A stretch of DNA of 64,000 nucleotides from an uncultured Pirellulales bacterium (GCA_964513655.1 CAZENQ010000004.1:3759-67758); one strand, 5' to 3'; shown: positions 9,443-18,328, numbered from the stretch's first letter. Numbers and translations: made by a program. Notes: generated by a model from the letters alone, not told the origin.

Positions 9443-12133
9443 ATGTTTAAGAAATTATGTTTGGCAGTGGTTGTTGTGGTGTGTGTTTGGGCCGGCGCAG
9501 CGAGTGCAACGACCTACTATGTCAGCCCATCGGGCAATGACAACGACGCGGGTACTTCGCCATCGACGGCCTGGCAGACGATTGCCAAGGTGAACGCCGT
9601 GACGTTTTCGGCCGGCGACAGCATATTGTTTGAAGGTGGCGAGACGTTCAGCGGCTCTCTTTACTTTGAGGAGGCCGGTACGTCGACGAGTCCCATAACG
9701 ATAGGCTCATACGGGACAGGCCGGGCGACAGTCAGCTCCGGCAGCAGCGACGGGCTGCACGTGTATGAAGCCGGAGGATATGAGGTACGGGACCTGATAT
9801 TTGTCGGCTCGGGACCGCTTGACCCCGACGGTCACAGTGGTATCAAGTTTAAGTCGGACTTAAGCAGCGGCAGCAGGTTCGAGTACGTTCGCATCGACAA
9901 CGTCGACGTCAGCCAGTATCACTGGAAGGGAATCGCCTTTGCAGCGAGTAACGGCGTCGGCTACAATGACGTGGAGGTTACCAACTCAGACCTTCATGAC
10001 AACGGGGACTACGGAATGACGACCTGGGGGGACTGGCCCCCGGGCACCACTAAGGCGCACGCAGATTTCTACGTTGCCGACTGCACATTCTACAACAACA
10101 AGGGTATTCCAGGCAGGAGCCCGCACTCCGGCAACGGGCTTGAGATGGACGACATAGACGGTTCGTTAGTTGAGTTTTGCGAGGCGTGGAACAACGGTGA
10201 GCTGTGTGATGCATCCGGCGGAGGCCCGTTCGGCATCTGGCAATGGCAGGTAGACAACGCCGTGATTCAGTTCTGCGAGTCGCACCACAACAAGACATCG
10301 GCGGGCGACGGCGGCGGCTTTGACCTTGACGGCGGGTGCCGGTATAACACTATCCAATACTGCTACTCGCACGACAATTACGGGACCGGATATGGTGTTT
10401 TTCAAATCAAGAAAGCGCAAAGTCACGTTGACAATGTGATTCGATATAACATCAGTGAGAATGACGCTCTTTTCAACAAGCATGGTGCGGTTTATTTCTG
10501 GGCGGACAACGGCACAACCATTTCAAATGTGGACGTATATAATAATACGCTCTATAAGCCGGCAAAGGGCGCGACAATACTTGCCTGGACCAATAACTAC
10601 AGCAACATTAACCTTTACAACAACATTATCATGAGTACCGTCGACAAGCCGGTTGTACAACTGGAGAATGCTACGGCCTTTGACTTTATGGGCAACTGTT
10701 ACTGGGCGGACGGCAACACACTTGAGATTAAGTGGGGCAACTCGACATACACCAGTCTGGAGCAGTGGCGTAACGCCACGGGTGAGGAGACGCTTGATGG
10801 CAACGACGTTGGATTGGAGGCAGACCCGTGCCTTATGGGCGGCAGCGGCGATACGGCCTTCAGGCTGAAAGATAACTCACCATGTATCAACCAGGGTCTG
10901 GACCTTCAGACGGAGTTCGGGATAGACCCGGGGACGCGAGATTACTATGGGACAAGCATTCCACAAATGGGCGCGTATGAAATAGGTGCACACGAATCCA
11001 CCAGTGGTACGCCTACACCGACTCCAACACCGACGCCTACACCGACTCCAACACCGACTCCTACACCAACTTCTACACCGACGCCTACACCTACACCTGA
11101 CCTTGTAACCACGACAGTGTATGTTGACCAGAAGACCAACGGCGGCCAGTGGAACTCGCTGGGTACATACCCTTTCCCTGCAGGAACCGATGGCTGGCTC
11201 AAAATCCGTAACGATGCTACCAATGGCTATGTGATTGCTGATGCGGCCAAATGGGTAAAGAGCGGCCAGAACGATGTTATCGTGGACAGCGAGGACAGCA
11301 CCGGCGTAACCATCGTCGGCAGTTGGACTGCCAGTACCTCCGTTTCCGGATACTGGGGCTCGAACTACCTTCATGACGAGAACGTCGACAAGGGTACCAA
11401 GAGTGTGACCCTCACGCCGGACCTGCCGAGTTCAGGTGACTATGAGGTGTTCCTGCGGTGGACGTCCAGTTCCAACCGGGCCGACAATGTTCCGGTGGAC
11501 ATTACCCACAGCTCCGGTGGTCCAACACCGACACCTACGCCTACACCAACACCTACGCCTACACCGACAGCTACGCCGACACCGACACCAACTCCGACGC
11601 CGACTCCGACACCGACGCCTACACCTACGCCGACTCCGACGCCGACTCCGACACCGACGCCTACACCTACACCAACTCCGACGCCTACACCGACACCTAC
11701 ACCTACGCCGACACCGACGCCGGGTCCGACTCTCTTCAGCGACGATTTCGAGAGCGGCGGCTTTACCGCAGGCGGCTGGACCACCTCTAAGGCAACTGTT
11801 GAAGATGAGGGTCCACTCAGCCTTTGTGCAAGAATCAAGTATGACGGCTACATCGAAAAGGCCGTCAGCACCGTCGGCTACAGTAACATCCACGTTAAAT
11901 ATAAACGCCGGACGGTGGCTTTTGATTCCGGTGAGTACCTGTATGCTGAGTGGTGGGACGGCAGCAACTGGAACGAGCTTGAGCATTACCAGGGCGGCCT
12001 AGCCAATGCGGATTTTGTCTGTGGTTCGGGTGCCGACAACAACGCGAACTTCAAGGTCAGATGGCGCACCAATGTTGACAAAAATCCTGAGTTTGCTAAC
12101 GTTGACGACGTTGAGGTAACCGGCACGCAGTGA
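9443..12133 (+). CDS. secreted right-handed beta-helix protein (paralog of 6244..9246) with two Pro-Thr linkers, a golvesin-C-terminal-like middle module and one jelly-roll-like C-terminal module
   Basis: Signal peptide MFKKLCLAVVVVVCVWAGAASA. The N-terminal 500 aa are collinear with 6244..9246 ([50 protein letters not shown]). The middle module, VIVDSEDSTGVTIVGSWTASTSVSGYWGSNYLHD...GDYEVFLRWTSSSNRADNVPVDI, resembles what I recall as the golvesin C-terminal-like domain. The C-terminal module matches that of 6244..9246. Confidence 0.8.
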   Translation: MFKKLCLAVVVVVCVWAGAASATTYYVSPSGNDNDAGTSPSTAWQTIAKVNAVTFSAGDSILFEGGETFSGSLYFEEAGTSTSPITIGSYGTGRATVSSGSSDGLHVYEAGGYEVRDLIFVGSGPLDPDGHSGIKFKSDLSSGSRFEYVRIDNVDVSQYHWKGIAFAASNGVGYNDVEVTNSDLHDNGDYGMTTWGDWPPGTTKAHADFYVADCTFYNNKGIPGRSPHSGNGLEMDDIDGSLVEFCEAWNNGELCDASGGGPFGIWQWQVDNAVIQFCESHHNKTSAGDGGGFDLDGGCRYNTIQYCYSHDNYGTGYGVFQIKKAQSHVDNVIRYNISENDALFNKHGAVYFWADNGTTISNVDVYNNTLYKPAKGATILAWTNNYSNINLYNNIIMSTVDKPVVQLENATAFDFMGNCYWADGNTLEIKWGNSTYTSLEQWRNATGEETLDGNDVGLEADPCLMGGSGDTAFRLKDNSPCINQGLDLQTEFGIDPGTRDYYGTSIPQMGAYEIGAHESTSGTPTPTPTPTPTPTPTPTPTPTSTPTPTPTPDLVTTTVYVDQKTNGGQWNSLGTYPFPAGTDGWLKIRNDATNGYVIADAAKWVKSGQNDVIVDSEDSTGVTIVGSWTASTSVSGYWGSNYLHDENVDKGTKSVTLTPDLPSSGDYEVFLRWTSSSNRADNVPVDITHSSGGPTPTPTPTPTPTPTPTATPTPTPTPTPTPTPTPTPTPTPTPTPTPTPTPTPTPTPTPTPTPTPTPTPGPTLFSDDFESGGFTAGGWTTSKATVEDEGPLSLCARIKYDGYIEKAVSTVGYSNIHVKYKRRTVAFDSGEYLYAEWWDGSNWNELEHYQGGLANADFVCGSGADNNANFKVRWRTNVDKNPEFANVDDVEVTGTQ
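11009..11098 (+). repeat. Pro-Thr linker tract (30 aa)
   Basis: Alternating ACN/CCN codons, in frame in 9443..12133. Confidence 0.85.
11522..11722 (+). repeat. Pro-Thr linker tract (67 aa)
   Basis: Alternating CCN/ACN codons, in frame in 9443..12133, with one Ala interruption (TATP). Confidence 0.85.
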
Positions 12134-12175
12134 TGGTTTTGAAGTCGGCCTTTAGGATGACAGGCTGTTTTTTGA

Positions 12176-12202
12176 GCGTGGCGGTCATTACGGCCGCCAC
12201 GC
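12176..12202 (+). terminator. putative intrinsic terminator downstream of 9443..12133
   Basis: gcgtggcggtc (12176-12186), loop attac, then ggccgccacgc (12192-12202), followed by cttttggttt. The stem sequence is the same as in the 9289..9317 hairpin. Confidence 0.55.
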
Positions 12203-12398
12203 CTTTTGGTTTGAGAAGACGACTGGGTCCGGAGCCTGTGCAGGGATAAGAGGGACGGACAGGAAGAGCAAAAATAAGAGATTAAAATGCAAAGATGCAA
12301 ATCAAATATCAAAAAGAGTTGTGGTTTTGGGTGCATCGCGGGGAAAAGAGAGTGAGAAGTAAAAAGGAAAAAGTCTTGGACATGACAATTGATGATTG

Positions 12399-13430
12399 TT
12401 AATCAAAGATGGAGAGGTCCCAATTGTTCAGCCATTGGATTTTGAAGTCTTCATCTGTAAAGCGGATGGGTAGCCAGACATAGCGGCCGTCGATGGCGTT
12501 GTTGGGGCGCCATATATCGAACATGACAATGAAGGCATCGTCTTTTGCGCGAACGGGAATGATGAAGGTACTCTGGCCGCCGAAGGTCTTGTCGGGGCCT
12601 AAGTGGTTGAGAGGGTTGGTTCCGAGACAGGGATTACCCAGTTCCTTCCATGGCCCCCATATTGAATCTGCAACGGCGGAGCGTGCGGCGTTAGGCACCC
12701 AGCCGGTACAGCCTGATGCGATGAAGTAATACCTGCCCTTTCGCTTGCAGATGGCAGGGGCTTCCATATATCGGGCGGGAAAGACGCGCTCGTACCTGCC
12801 ACTGGGGGCAAGATAGTCATCGGTCAGGAGGGAGATGTGCATTGTGTTATTGTCTTCGGATGCATAGAGGTGATAGGCCTTACCATCGTCATCAATAAAC
12901 AAGGTCATGTCGCGGGCCATTTGGCCATTGGGGCGAAAACTCCTGAGAAACGTATAGGGGCCGGTCACCTTGTCTGCGACGGCTACACCACTTCGAGCCG
13001 CCTCGTATCGGTGGCCTTTTAGTTCCAAATGAAACCACATGACGAATTTCTTCGTGGCGGTGTTGTAAATCACCTTGGGTCGCTCGAGGATGCAACCTTT
13101 GGAGATGTCGCTGTTGGGGTCATCTGAGACTTTCAATGCAATGCCCCGGTCGTCCCAGTTATATAAGTCGGTAGAGGAATAGCAGTGGACGCCGACGTGC
13201 GCCTTGTTTCCCGCCTTGCCTCGAATCTTGTGCTCTCCGAACCAGTAATAGGCGCCCTGGTGAAACAGGATGCCGCCGCCATGGGCATTGATGTGGACTG
13301 CCTTGTTGTCGTGCCAGAGCTCAGCGGGAACGAACCGGGCATGTTTATCCTGCCCGGCGGCAATGCCTTGAGCAGCAATCAAGTGAAATATTGCAGCGGC
13401 ACAAATTATCAGATAAGGCAGTTTTTTCAT
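12399..13430 (-). CDS. glycoside hydrolase family 43-like secreted protein
   Basis: The ORF track gives 12399..13916. I prefer the ATG at 13430 (aa 163 of that ORF), which has an AGGAAAG RBS and the signal peptide MKKLPYLIICAAAIFHLIAAQG. The body shows five-bladed-propeller GH43-type motifs (HGGGILFHQGAYYWFGE, CILERPKVIYN, FVMWFH, ARDMTLFIDDDGKAYHLYASEDN, YMEAPAICKRKGRYYFIASGCTGW). Confidence 0.8.
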   Translation of the reverse strand: MKKLPYLIICAAAIFHLIAAQGIAAGQDKHARFVPAELWHDNKAVHINAHGGGILFHQGAYYWFGEHKIRGKAGNKAHVGVHCYSSTDLYNWDDRGIALKVSDDPNSDISKGCILERPKVIYNTATKKFVMWFHLELKGHRYEAARSGVAVADKVTGPYTFLRSFRPNGQMARDMTLFIDDDGKAYHLYASEDNNTMHISLLTDDYLAPSGRYERVFPARYMEAPAICKRKGRYYFIASGCTGWVPNAARSAVADSIWGPWKELGNPCLGTNPLNHLGPDKTFGGQSTFIIPVRAKDDAFIVMFDIWRPNNAIDGRYVWLPIRFTDEDFKIQWLNNWDLSIFD

Positions 13431-13579
13431 GCTCTTTCCTATGGCTGGGGGCATATTATGCCCATACATACGGAATGTCAAGTGGCCGATATCGCGGCTC
13501 CGGGGAGCTGAAGGGCCATAAATGCGGGTAAAGACGGGGGGGAAGCGCGGGGTAATTGAGATTATGCGAAAAAAAGGGG

Positions 13580-13608
13580 TTGATAGGCGGTGAGGAAAAT
13601 GATATAAT
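13580..13608 (+). promoter_or_regulatory. sigma70-like promoter candidate for the LamG/dockerin gene
   Basis: TTGATA (13580-13585), a 17-nt spacer, then TATAAT (13603-13608). Confidence 0.5.
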
Positions 13609-13668
13609 TGCCGGGTTAAGTCAGGGAGGATGAGATTTGGCCTGTTTTTTGACAGGAGGAGCCGTGTC

Positions 13669-16242
13669 ATGGGGCTAAGGGGGACTTCAACAAGTAGGTC
13701 GCGGCGGGTTTTTTGGGTGGTTATGGTCTGTGTTTTTAGCTCGTCGGCATTCGGACAGTATGCAACGAGCCCAGAAAAGACTTTCGTTGTGGTAAGGAAG
13801 GACCCTAATGCGGCGGTTAATACAAAGGACGATAACTTATCGAGTGAGGGGAAATTATTTTTTAACGGTTCCAGCTGGGTCTTTAGCTGGACGCCTACAT
13901 ATGATGACGCGGGCACCTACGAAGTTACATTTATATCAACAAACGGCTGGGCGGAAGACTTCGAGACCATAACGATAACGGTCAACGATGTCAGCGGGCT
14001 GGTTGGCCACTGGACGATGGATGACAATGCAGCTAATACTACAGTAGTAGACAGCAGCGGCAACGGCAATGACGGAACTGCACAGCAGTATACCCGGGAT
14101 TTGAGCAGTACGGGCAGAATCAACGGGGCTCTGAATTTTAACGGGACAGATGATTATATAGATTGCGGCAGTGACAGCGGTTTAGATATTACGGGGAGTG
14201 TATCAATTTCGACGTGGGTAAAATTTGACAGCTTGGCGGATTACCGTTACCAGACCATTGTTGCCAAACGAGATACCGGGATTGATATTGGAGCTAATTA
14301 TGCCCTTAGAAAAGGCGGTTACGCAAATGGAGATGAGCTGCAGTTTTATTATCATGATGGAACAGCCTGGCATGTTTATACCACTTTTAATGCTAATCTG
14401 ACCTGGGGACAATGGTATCATGTTGTCGTGACATTTACATTCGGTACGGGCAAGAGTATCAAATGTCATCTCAATAATAATTTATTAAAAGGCGGCTGGA
14501 CGACTGGAGATGGAAATTCATCGGTTCAGACTAACACAAAGCCGGTAACAATTGGTGGCTTAACGACCGGACAAGGAGTAGATGGTTCAATTGACAATGT
14601 AATGATATTCGACAAAGTCTTATCTGAGGCTGAAATTGGCGACTTGTATAATGAAGGGGCAGGGTTGAAGGTTAATTTGGCAATAGATAATTTGTGGATG
14701 TATCAGAATCTACCTGGACAAGTGAGCTCTGCCTTGACGGCGAGTGTTTCGGTTGTCGACGACCCGATGGGTAACAACGGCTACAGCTATGAGTGGGAGA
14801 TTCTGCTGCCACGCGACGTTAGTTTGGCACCAACGACGGTAGCGGGCGGTGGGACCAGTGATGCGTACTGGAGTCTTGCGGCCCGCGGCAGTGATGAGCC
14901 GGCGGGGCTATCTGACCTAGGGGATACATTTACTGTTCGGGTAACGGTTACCGGTGATGATTACGGTGATGTAGGCATAGCAGAGGCGGAGTTCGAAATC
15001 ATAAGCATAACGAACCTGGTTGGCCACTGGAAGATGGATGACAATGCAGCTAATACTACAGTGGTAGACAGCAGCGGCAACGGCAATGACGGAACTGCAC
15101 AGCAGTATACCCGGGATTTGAGCAGTACGGGCAGAATCAACGGGGCTCTGAATTTTAACGGGACAGATGATTATATAGATTGCGGCAGTGACAGCGGTTT
15201 AGATATTACGGGGAGTGTATCAATTTCGACGTGGGTAAAATTTGACAGCTTGGCGGATTACCGTTACCAGACCATTGTTGCCAAACGAGATACCGGGATT
15301 GATATTGGAGCTAATTATGCCCTTAGAAAAGGCGGTTACGCAAATGGAGATGAGCTGCAGTTTTATTATCATGATGGAACAGCCTGGCATGTTTATACCA
15401 CTTTTAATGCTAATCTGACCTGGGGACAATGGTATCATGTTGTCGTGACATTTACATTCGGTACGGGCAAGAGTATCAAATGTCATCTCAATAATAATTT
15501 ATTAAAAGGCGGCTGGACGACTGGAGATGGAAATTCATCGGTTCAGACTAACACAAAGCCGGTAACAATTGGTGGCTTAACGACCGGACAAGGAGTAGAT
15601 GGTTCAATTGACAATGTAATGATATTCGACAAAGTCTTATCTGAGGCTGAAATTGGCGACTTGTATAATGAAGGGGCAGGGTTGAAGGTTAATTTGGCAA
15701 TAGATAATTTGTGGATGTATCAGAATCTGCCCGGGCAAGTGGCTTCTGCTTTGACGGCGAGTGTTTCGATTATCGATGACCCCCTGGGTAACAGCAGCTA
15801 CAGCTATGAGTGGGAGATTCTGCTGCCACGCGACGTTAGCTTGGCACCAACGACGGTTAGCGGCGGTGGGACCAGTGATGCGTACTGGACGTTTGCGGCC
15901 CGCGGCAGTGATGAGCCGGCGGGGCTATCTGACCTGGGGGATACATTTACTGTTCGGGTAACGGTTACCGGTGATGATTACGGCGATGTAGGCATAGCAG
16001 AGGCGGATTTCGGGATAGCACTCTTAGGTGATGTCAATAATGACGGTGCGGTAAATTCTGTAGACCTTTCGATAGTAAATGCTTTTTGGCAGACGGGCTC
16101 AGGCGGGCCTCATACTGTGCGGGATTGTGATTTGAATTGCGATGGTGCTGTAAATCTGGCGGACCACTTTATTACGAAAGCAGCGATATGGCAAGGGATG
16201 CTCGGTCAGAATTCCGTAAGTAGTCCGTGCCCGTTGAGGTGA
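13669..16242 (+). CDS. secreted protein: Ig-like module + 2 x (LamG/concanavalin-A-like lectin + beta-sandwich) + C-terminal dockerin
   Basis: The ORF track starts at 13630. The ATG at 13669 has AGGAGG 9 nt upstream and gives the signal peptide MGLRGTSTSRSRRVFWVVMVCVFSSSAFGQ. The LamG-type signature is LVGHWxMDDNAANTTVVDSSGNGNDGT...ALNFNGTDDYIDCG...IDNVMIFDKVLSEAEI. The C-terminus GDVNNDGAVNSVDLSIV ... CDLNCDGAVNLADHFIT forms a dockerin type-I-like repeat pair. Confidence 0.8.
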   Translation: MGLRGTSTSRSRRVFWVVMVCVFSSSAFGQYATSPEKTFVVVRKDPNAAVNTKDDNLSSEGKLFFNGSSWVFSWTPTYDDAGTYEVTFISTNGWAEDFETITITVNDVSGLVGHWTMDDNAANTTVVDSSGNGNDGTAQQYTRDLSSTGRINGALNFNGTDDYIDCGSDSGLDITGSVSISTWVKFDSLADYRYQTIVAKRDTGIDIGANYALRKGGYANGDELQFYYHDGTAWHVYTTFNANLTWGQWYHVVVTFTFGTGKSIKCHLNNNLLKGGWTTGDGNSSVQTNTKPVTIGGLTTGQGVDGSIDNVMIFDKVLSEAEIGDLYNEGAGLKVNLAIDNLWMYQNLPGQVSSALTASVSVVDDPMGNNGYSYEWEILLPRDVSLAPTTVAGGGTSDAYWSLAARGSDEPAGLSDLGDTFTVRVTVTGDDYGDVGIAEAEFEIISITNLVGHWKMDDNAANTTVVDSSGNGNDGTAQQYTRDLSSTGRINGALNFNGTDDYIDCGSDSGLDITGSVSISTWVKFDSLADYRYQTIVAKRDTGIDIGANYALRKGGYANGDELQFYYHDGTAWHVYTTFNANLTWGQWYHVVVTFTFGTGKSIKCHLNNNLLKGGWTTGDGNSSVQTNTKPVTIGGLTTGQGVDGSIDNVMIFDKVLSEAEIGDLYNEGAGLKVNLAIDNLWMYQNLPGQVASALTASVSIIDDPLGNSSYSYEWEILLPRDVSLAPTTVSGGGTSDAYWTFAARGSDEPAGLSDLGDTFTVRVTVTGDDYGDVGIAEADFGIALLGDVNNDGAVNSVDLSIVNAFWQTGSGGPHTVRDCDLNCDGAVNLADHFITKAAIWQGMLGQNSVSSPCPLR
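13999..16010 (+). repeat. in-frame tandem duplication, period 1017 bp (339 aa), 2 copies
   Basis: Copy 1 starts at 13999 (ctggttggccactgg) and copy 2 at 15016. The identical antisense ORFs 14203..14469 and 15220..15486 in the ORF track confirm identity. The first ~710 nt of each copy differ at only a couple of positions; the last ~290 nt show many substitutions. Confidence 0.9.
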
Positions 16243-16471
16243 CGTCTGGCAAGACAAGCTCAGACGAAGGACCGGTCTATACAACCAGCAACGGTGGCGG
16301 GGGATTTTATTTTATAAAATTTTGCTTATTGTCGATAAGAAGGCAGGAATAAGGATTAGTTATGCGGTGTGCAGATGGGTGGTGAGGTGTTGTATAAGAT
16401 GTTTGCAAGAAAGCAGTTATGGGAATAAATGGCTTGGGTGTAAAAATAGGTAAGATTTTGAGGAAAAAGAC

Positions 16472-16500
16472 TTGACCGAGCGCGTAAGATTAGATATAAT
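16472..16500 (+). promoter_or_regulatory. sigma70-like promoter candidate for the export-protein operon
   Basis: TTGACC (16472-16477), a 17-nt spacer, then TATAAT (16495-16500), 80 nt upstream of the ATG at 16581. Confidence 0.5.
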
Positions 16501-16580
16501 CGCGATTTACACGTAAGGAGGCGATTTTTCCGCTAAGAGGCAGATAGCGGGGGTTAATAATTAATCGAAAGGGCTCGAAA

Positions 16581-17306
16581 ATGCGAAGTAAAGTAATTTT
16601 GTTGCATGTTTTATTGCTGGCGTTCGCGGTTCCTGTGACGGGGTGTTTTTCATCCAATCCTAAGGACATAGAGGCATTTGCCAAGCCAGCAAAGGTTTTG
16701 GTAACGGCTGAGGACTATATAATGCAGCCGCCCGATGAAATCCAGATATACTGCACGAAGGTTCCGGAGATTCATGAGCAACTCCAGCGGATTCGCCCGG
16801 ACGGGCGGGTGAGCTTCGAGGGCGTGGGCGAGCTGAATGCGGCAGGCAGAACGCCTAAGGAACTCGCGGAGGTTATTCGCGAGCGAGTAATTCTGCTGTA
16901 TGCTCTGACGGGCGAAAATCCTATTGACGTTCGAGTGGTTGTGTATAAAAGCGGTTTTTATTACGTTCAGGGTCAGGTGATTTTATCCGGTCCGAAGGTT
17001 TGCACCGGCCGTGATACACTTTTGCGAGCGCTTTCTGAGGCCCGCCCCACCACTATGGCTTGGTTAGACCGGATTCAGGTAATAAGGCCGTCGGACGATG
17101 AAAGTATCCCAGCTAAAATCTTTGAGGTGAATTTCGACCGTATGAGGGCGCATGGTGATACCAGCAAGAATGTCCTTCTTCAGGAAGGCGATATAGTTTA
17201 CGTTCCGCCAACAGTGCTTGCTGCAGTAGCATTGAAGATAGCAGAATTCATGCAACCAATTTTTCAAGCTTTTAGGACAGTGAACGTTACAACGGCTGCC
17301 CCATAG
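16581..17306 (+). CDS. outer-membrane polysaccharide export lipoprotein (Wza/OPX-like, short form)
   Basis: Lipobox in MRSKVILLHVLLLAFAVPVTGC. Poly_export-like segment PPDEIQIY...IRPDGRVSFEGVGELNAAGRTPKELAEVI. SLBB-like segment GFYYVQGQV...GDIVYVP. Confidence 0.75.
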   Translation: MRSKVILLHVLLLAFAVPVTGCFSSNPKDIEAFAKPAKVLVTAEDYIMQPPDEIQIYCTKVPEIHEQLQRIRPDGRVSFEGVGELNAAGRTPKELAEVIRERVILLYALTGENPIDVRVVVYKSGFYYVQGQVILSGPKVCTGRDTLLRALSEARPTTMAWLDRIQVIRPSDDESIPAKIFEVNFDRMRAHGDTSKNVLLQEGDIVYVPPTVLAAVALKIAEFMQPIFQAFRTVNVTTAAP

Positions 17307-17366
17307 GTGTGCTTTTTTTCAGTTGATTTGCTTTTTTCGCGTTGCGTGTTATAGGTTAGCAATAGG

Positions 17367-18191
17367 GTGACAGTAGTGATGATTAGCCGCAACCGGCTGA
17401 GACTCGTCCACATGGCGAGTACATCATGGTTCATAGTCAGCGCAGGCTATCTATTGGTTCTTGCGCTTCGTCAGGCCGGCAAAAGCTGGTGGGTGATTGT
17501 ATCGCTGTCGGGGTATTCGACGCTATTAGTCTTTCTGCTGATAAGCCTGTATTTGTTCGCGATATTCCGGGGCGTTGCCCGTAGTCAGAAAATACAAGTA
17601 GAACATCCGTTGACCAGCACCCGCTACTATATGGCATTTTATGTCAGCACTCCGTTTCTGGGGGGGCTGGCAGGTACGCTGGGAATGATAGGTGAGATTA
17701 GAGTGAGTCAACTGCTGGTGGGGATAGCGATGGGAAGTCTGTGGGCGACGTTCATGGTATGGATAGTGGTTGACCCGGCTGTGGGTTTATTAGAGCTGTT
17801 GATGCCAGCGAGCCGAAGACATCGGGTCGAACGCCTGGCAAAGATGCGAGCATGGCGCGAGGAGTGTGAGAAGGAGCGCAAGCGTTTACTGGCTGAAGCG
17901 GATAAGCAAGAGAAGATGTACAATAGACGATGGCATCGGCTTCTTAAGGGCGACGCGGAGAAATTGGCGGAGCTGTTAGCGCAAGGGCAAGCATCCTATA
18001 AAGAGGCGGAAGACGAAGCGGTGGGTATCGGTGTGAGGGCATGGCAAATCGGGGGATTGAACTGTATGCGAGAACTGCATTCTATGGCGATGGACTTGTG
18101 CAAGAGTCAGTACAAGGATTTTACGATTGTGGATCACATTTCTTTTTGGTGGGACGGGATCGGCAGCTGGCGCAGCCCATCAGTTGTTTAA
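17367..18191 (+). CDS. hypothetical membrane protein (about 4 TM helices) with charged coiled-coil C-terminal half
   Basis: ORF track, GTG start. Hydrophobic segments include WFIVSAGYLLVLAL, WWVIVSLSGYSTLLVFLLISLYLFAIF, FYVSTPFLGGLAGTLGMI and LLVGIAMGSLWATFMVWIVV. They are followed by RVERLAKMRAWREECEKERKRLLAEADKQEKMYNRRW. The gene lies 61 nt downstream of the Wza-like gene. Confidence 0.55.
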   Translation: MTVVMISRNRLRLVHMASTSWFIVSAGYLLVLALRQAGKSWWVIVSLSGYSTLLVFLLISLYLFAIFRGVARSQKIQVEHPLTSTRYYMAFYVSTPFLGGLAGTLGMIGEIRVSQLLVGIAMGSLWATFMVWIVVDPAVGLLELLMPASRRHRVERLAKMRAWREECEKERKRLLAEADKQEKMYNRRWHRLLKGDAEKLAELLAQGQASYKEAEDEAVGIGVRAWQIGGLNCMRELHSMAMDLCKSQYKDFTIVDHISFWWDGIGSWRSPSVV

Positions 18192-18328
18192 TGAGCTAAA
18201 GATTATGGGTCGTGTGAGAAGAGCTTGAGCACCAGACAGGAGCGAGGGCATGTAAGGTAAAGACGCTGTTAATGTTGGTGCGGATTTTGTCTGCTGCTTG
18301 TATTTAGAATGCAGGCGATGTTATTTAG

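Noticed and set aside
11432-12002. Several 110-188-aa ORFs with RRCR, GVGV and DTDA repeat translations.
   Set aside because: They have the same cause as above: alternative frames of the second Pro-Thr linker of 9443..12133.
13431-13916. The 162-aa N-terminal extension of the GH43-like ORF given by the ORF track.
   Set aside because: The extension has no protein-like features. It would overlap the divergent promoter and the start of the LamG/dockerin gene. The internal ATG at 13430 has an RBS and a clean signal peptide.
14203-15486. Two identical 88-aa antisense ORFs (14203..14469 and 15220..15486).
   Set aside because: They are antisense shadows of the duplicated LamG unit. They have no signals of their own.
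13999-16010. Whether the long tandem repeats here and at 55552..57894 could be a CRISPR array or a satellite.
   Set aside because: The units are 1017 and 597 bp, directly abutting with no spacers, in frame, and encoding folded-domain-like sequence. No cas genes are present. They are intragenic domain duplications.
16243-16266. The hairpin cgtctg-12nt-cagacg right after the stop of 13669..16242, considered as a terminator.
   Set aside because: It has only a 6-bp stem with a 12-nt loop and no U-tract. That is too weak to annotate.
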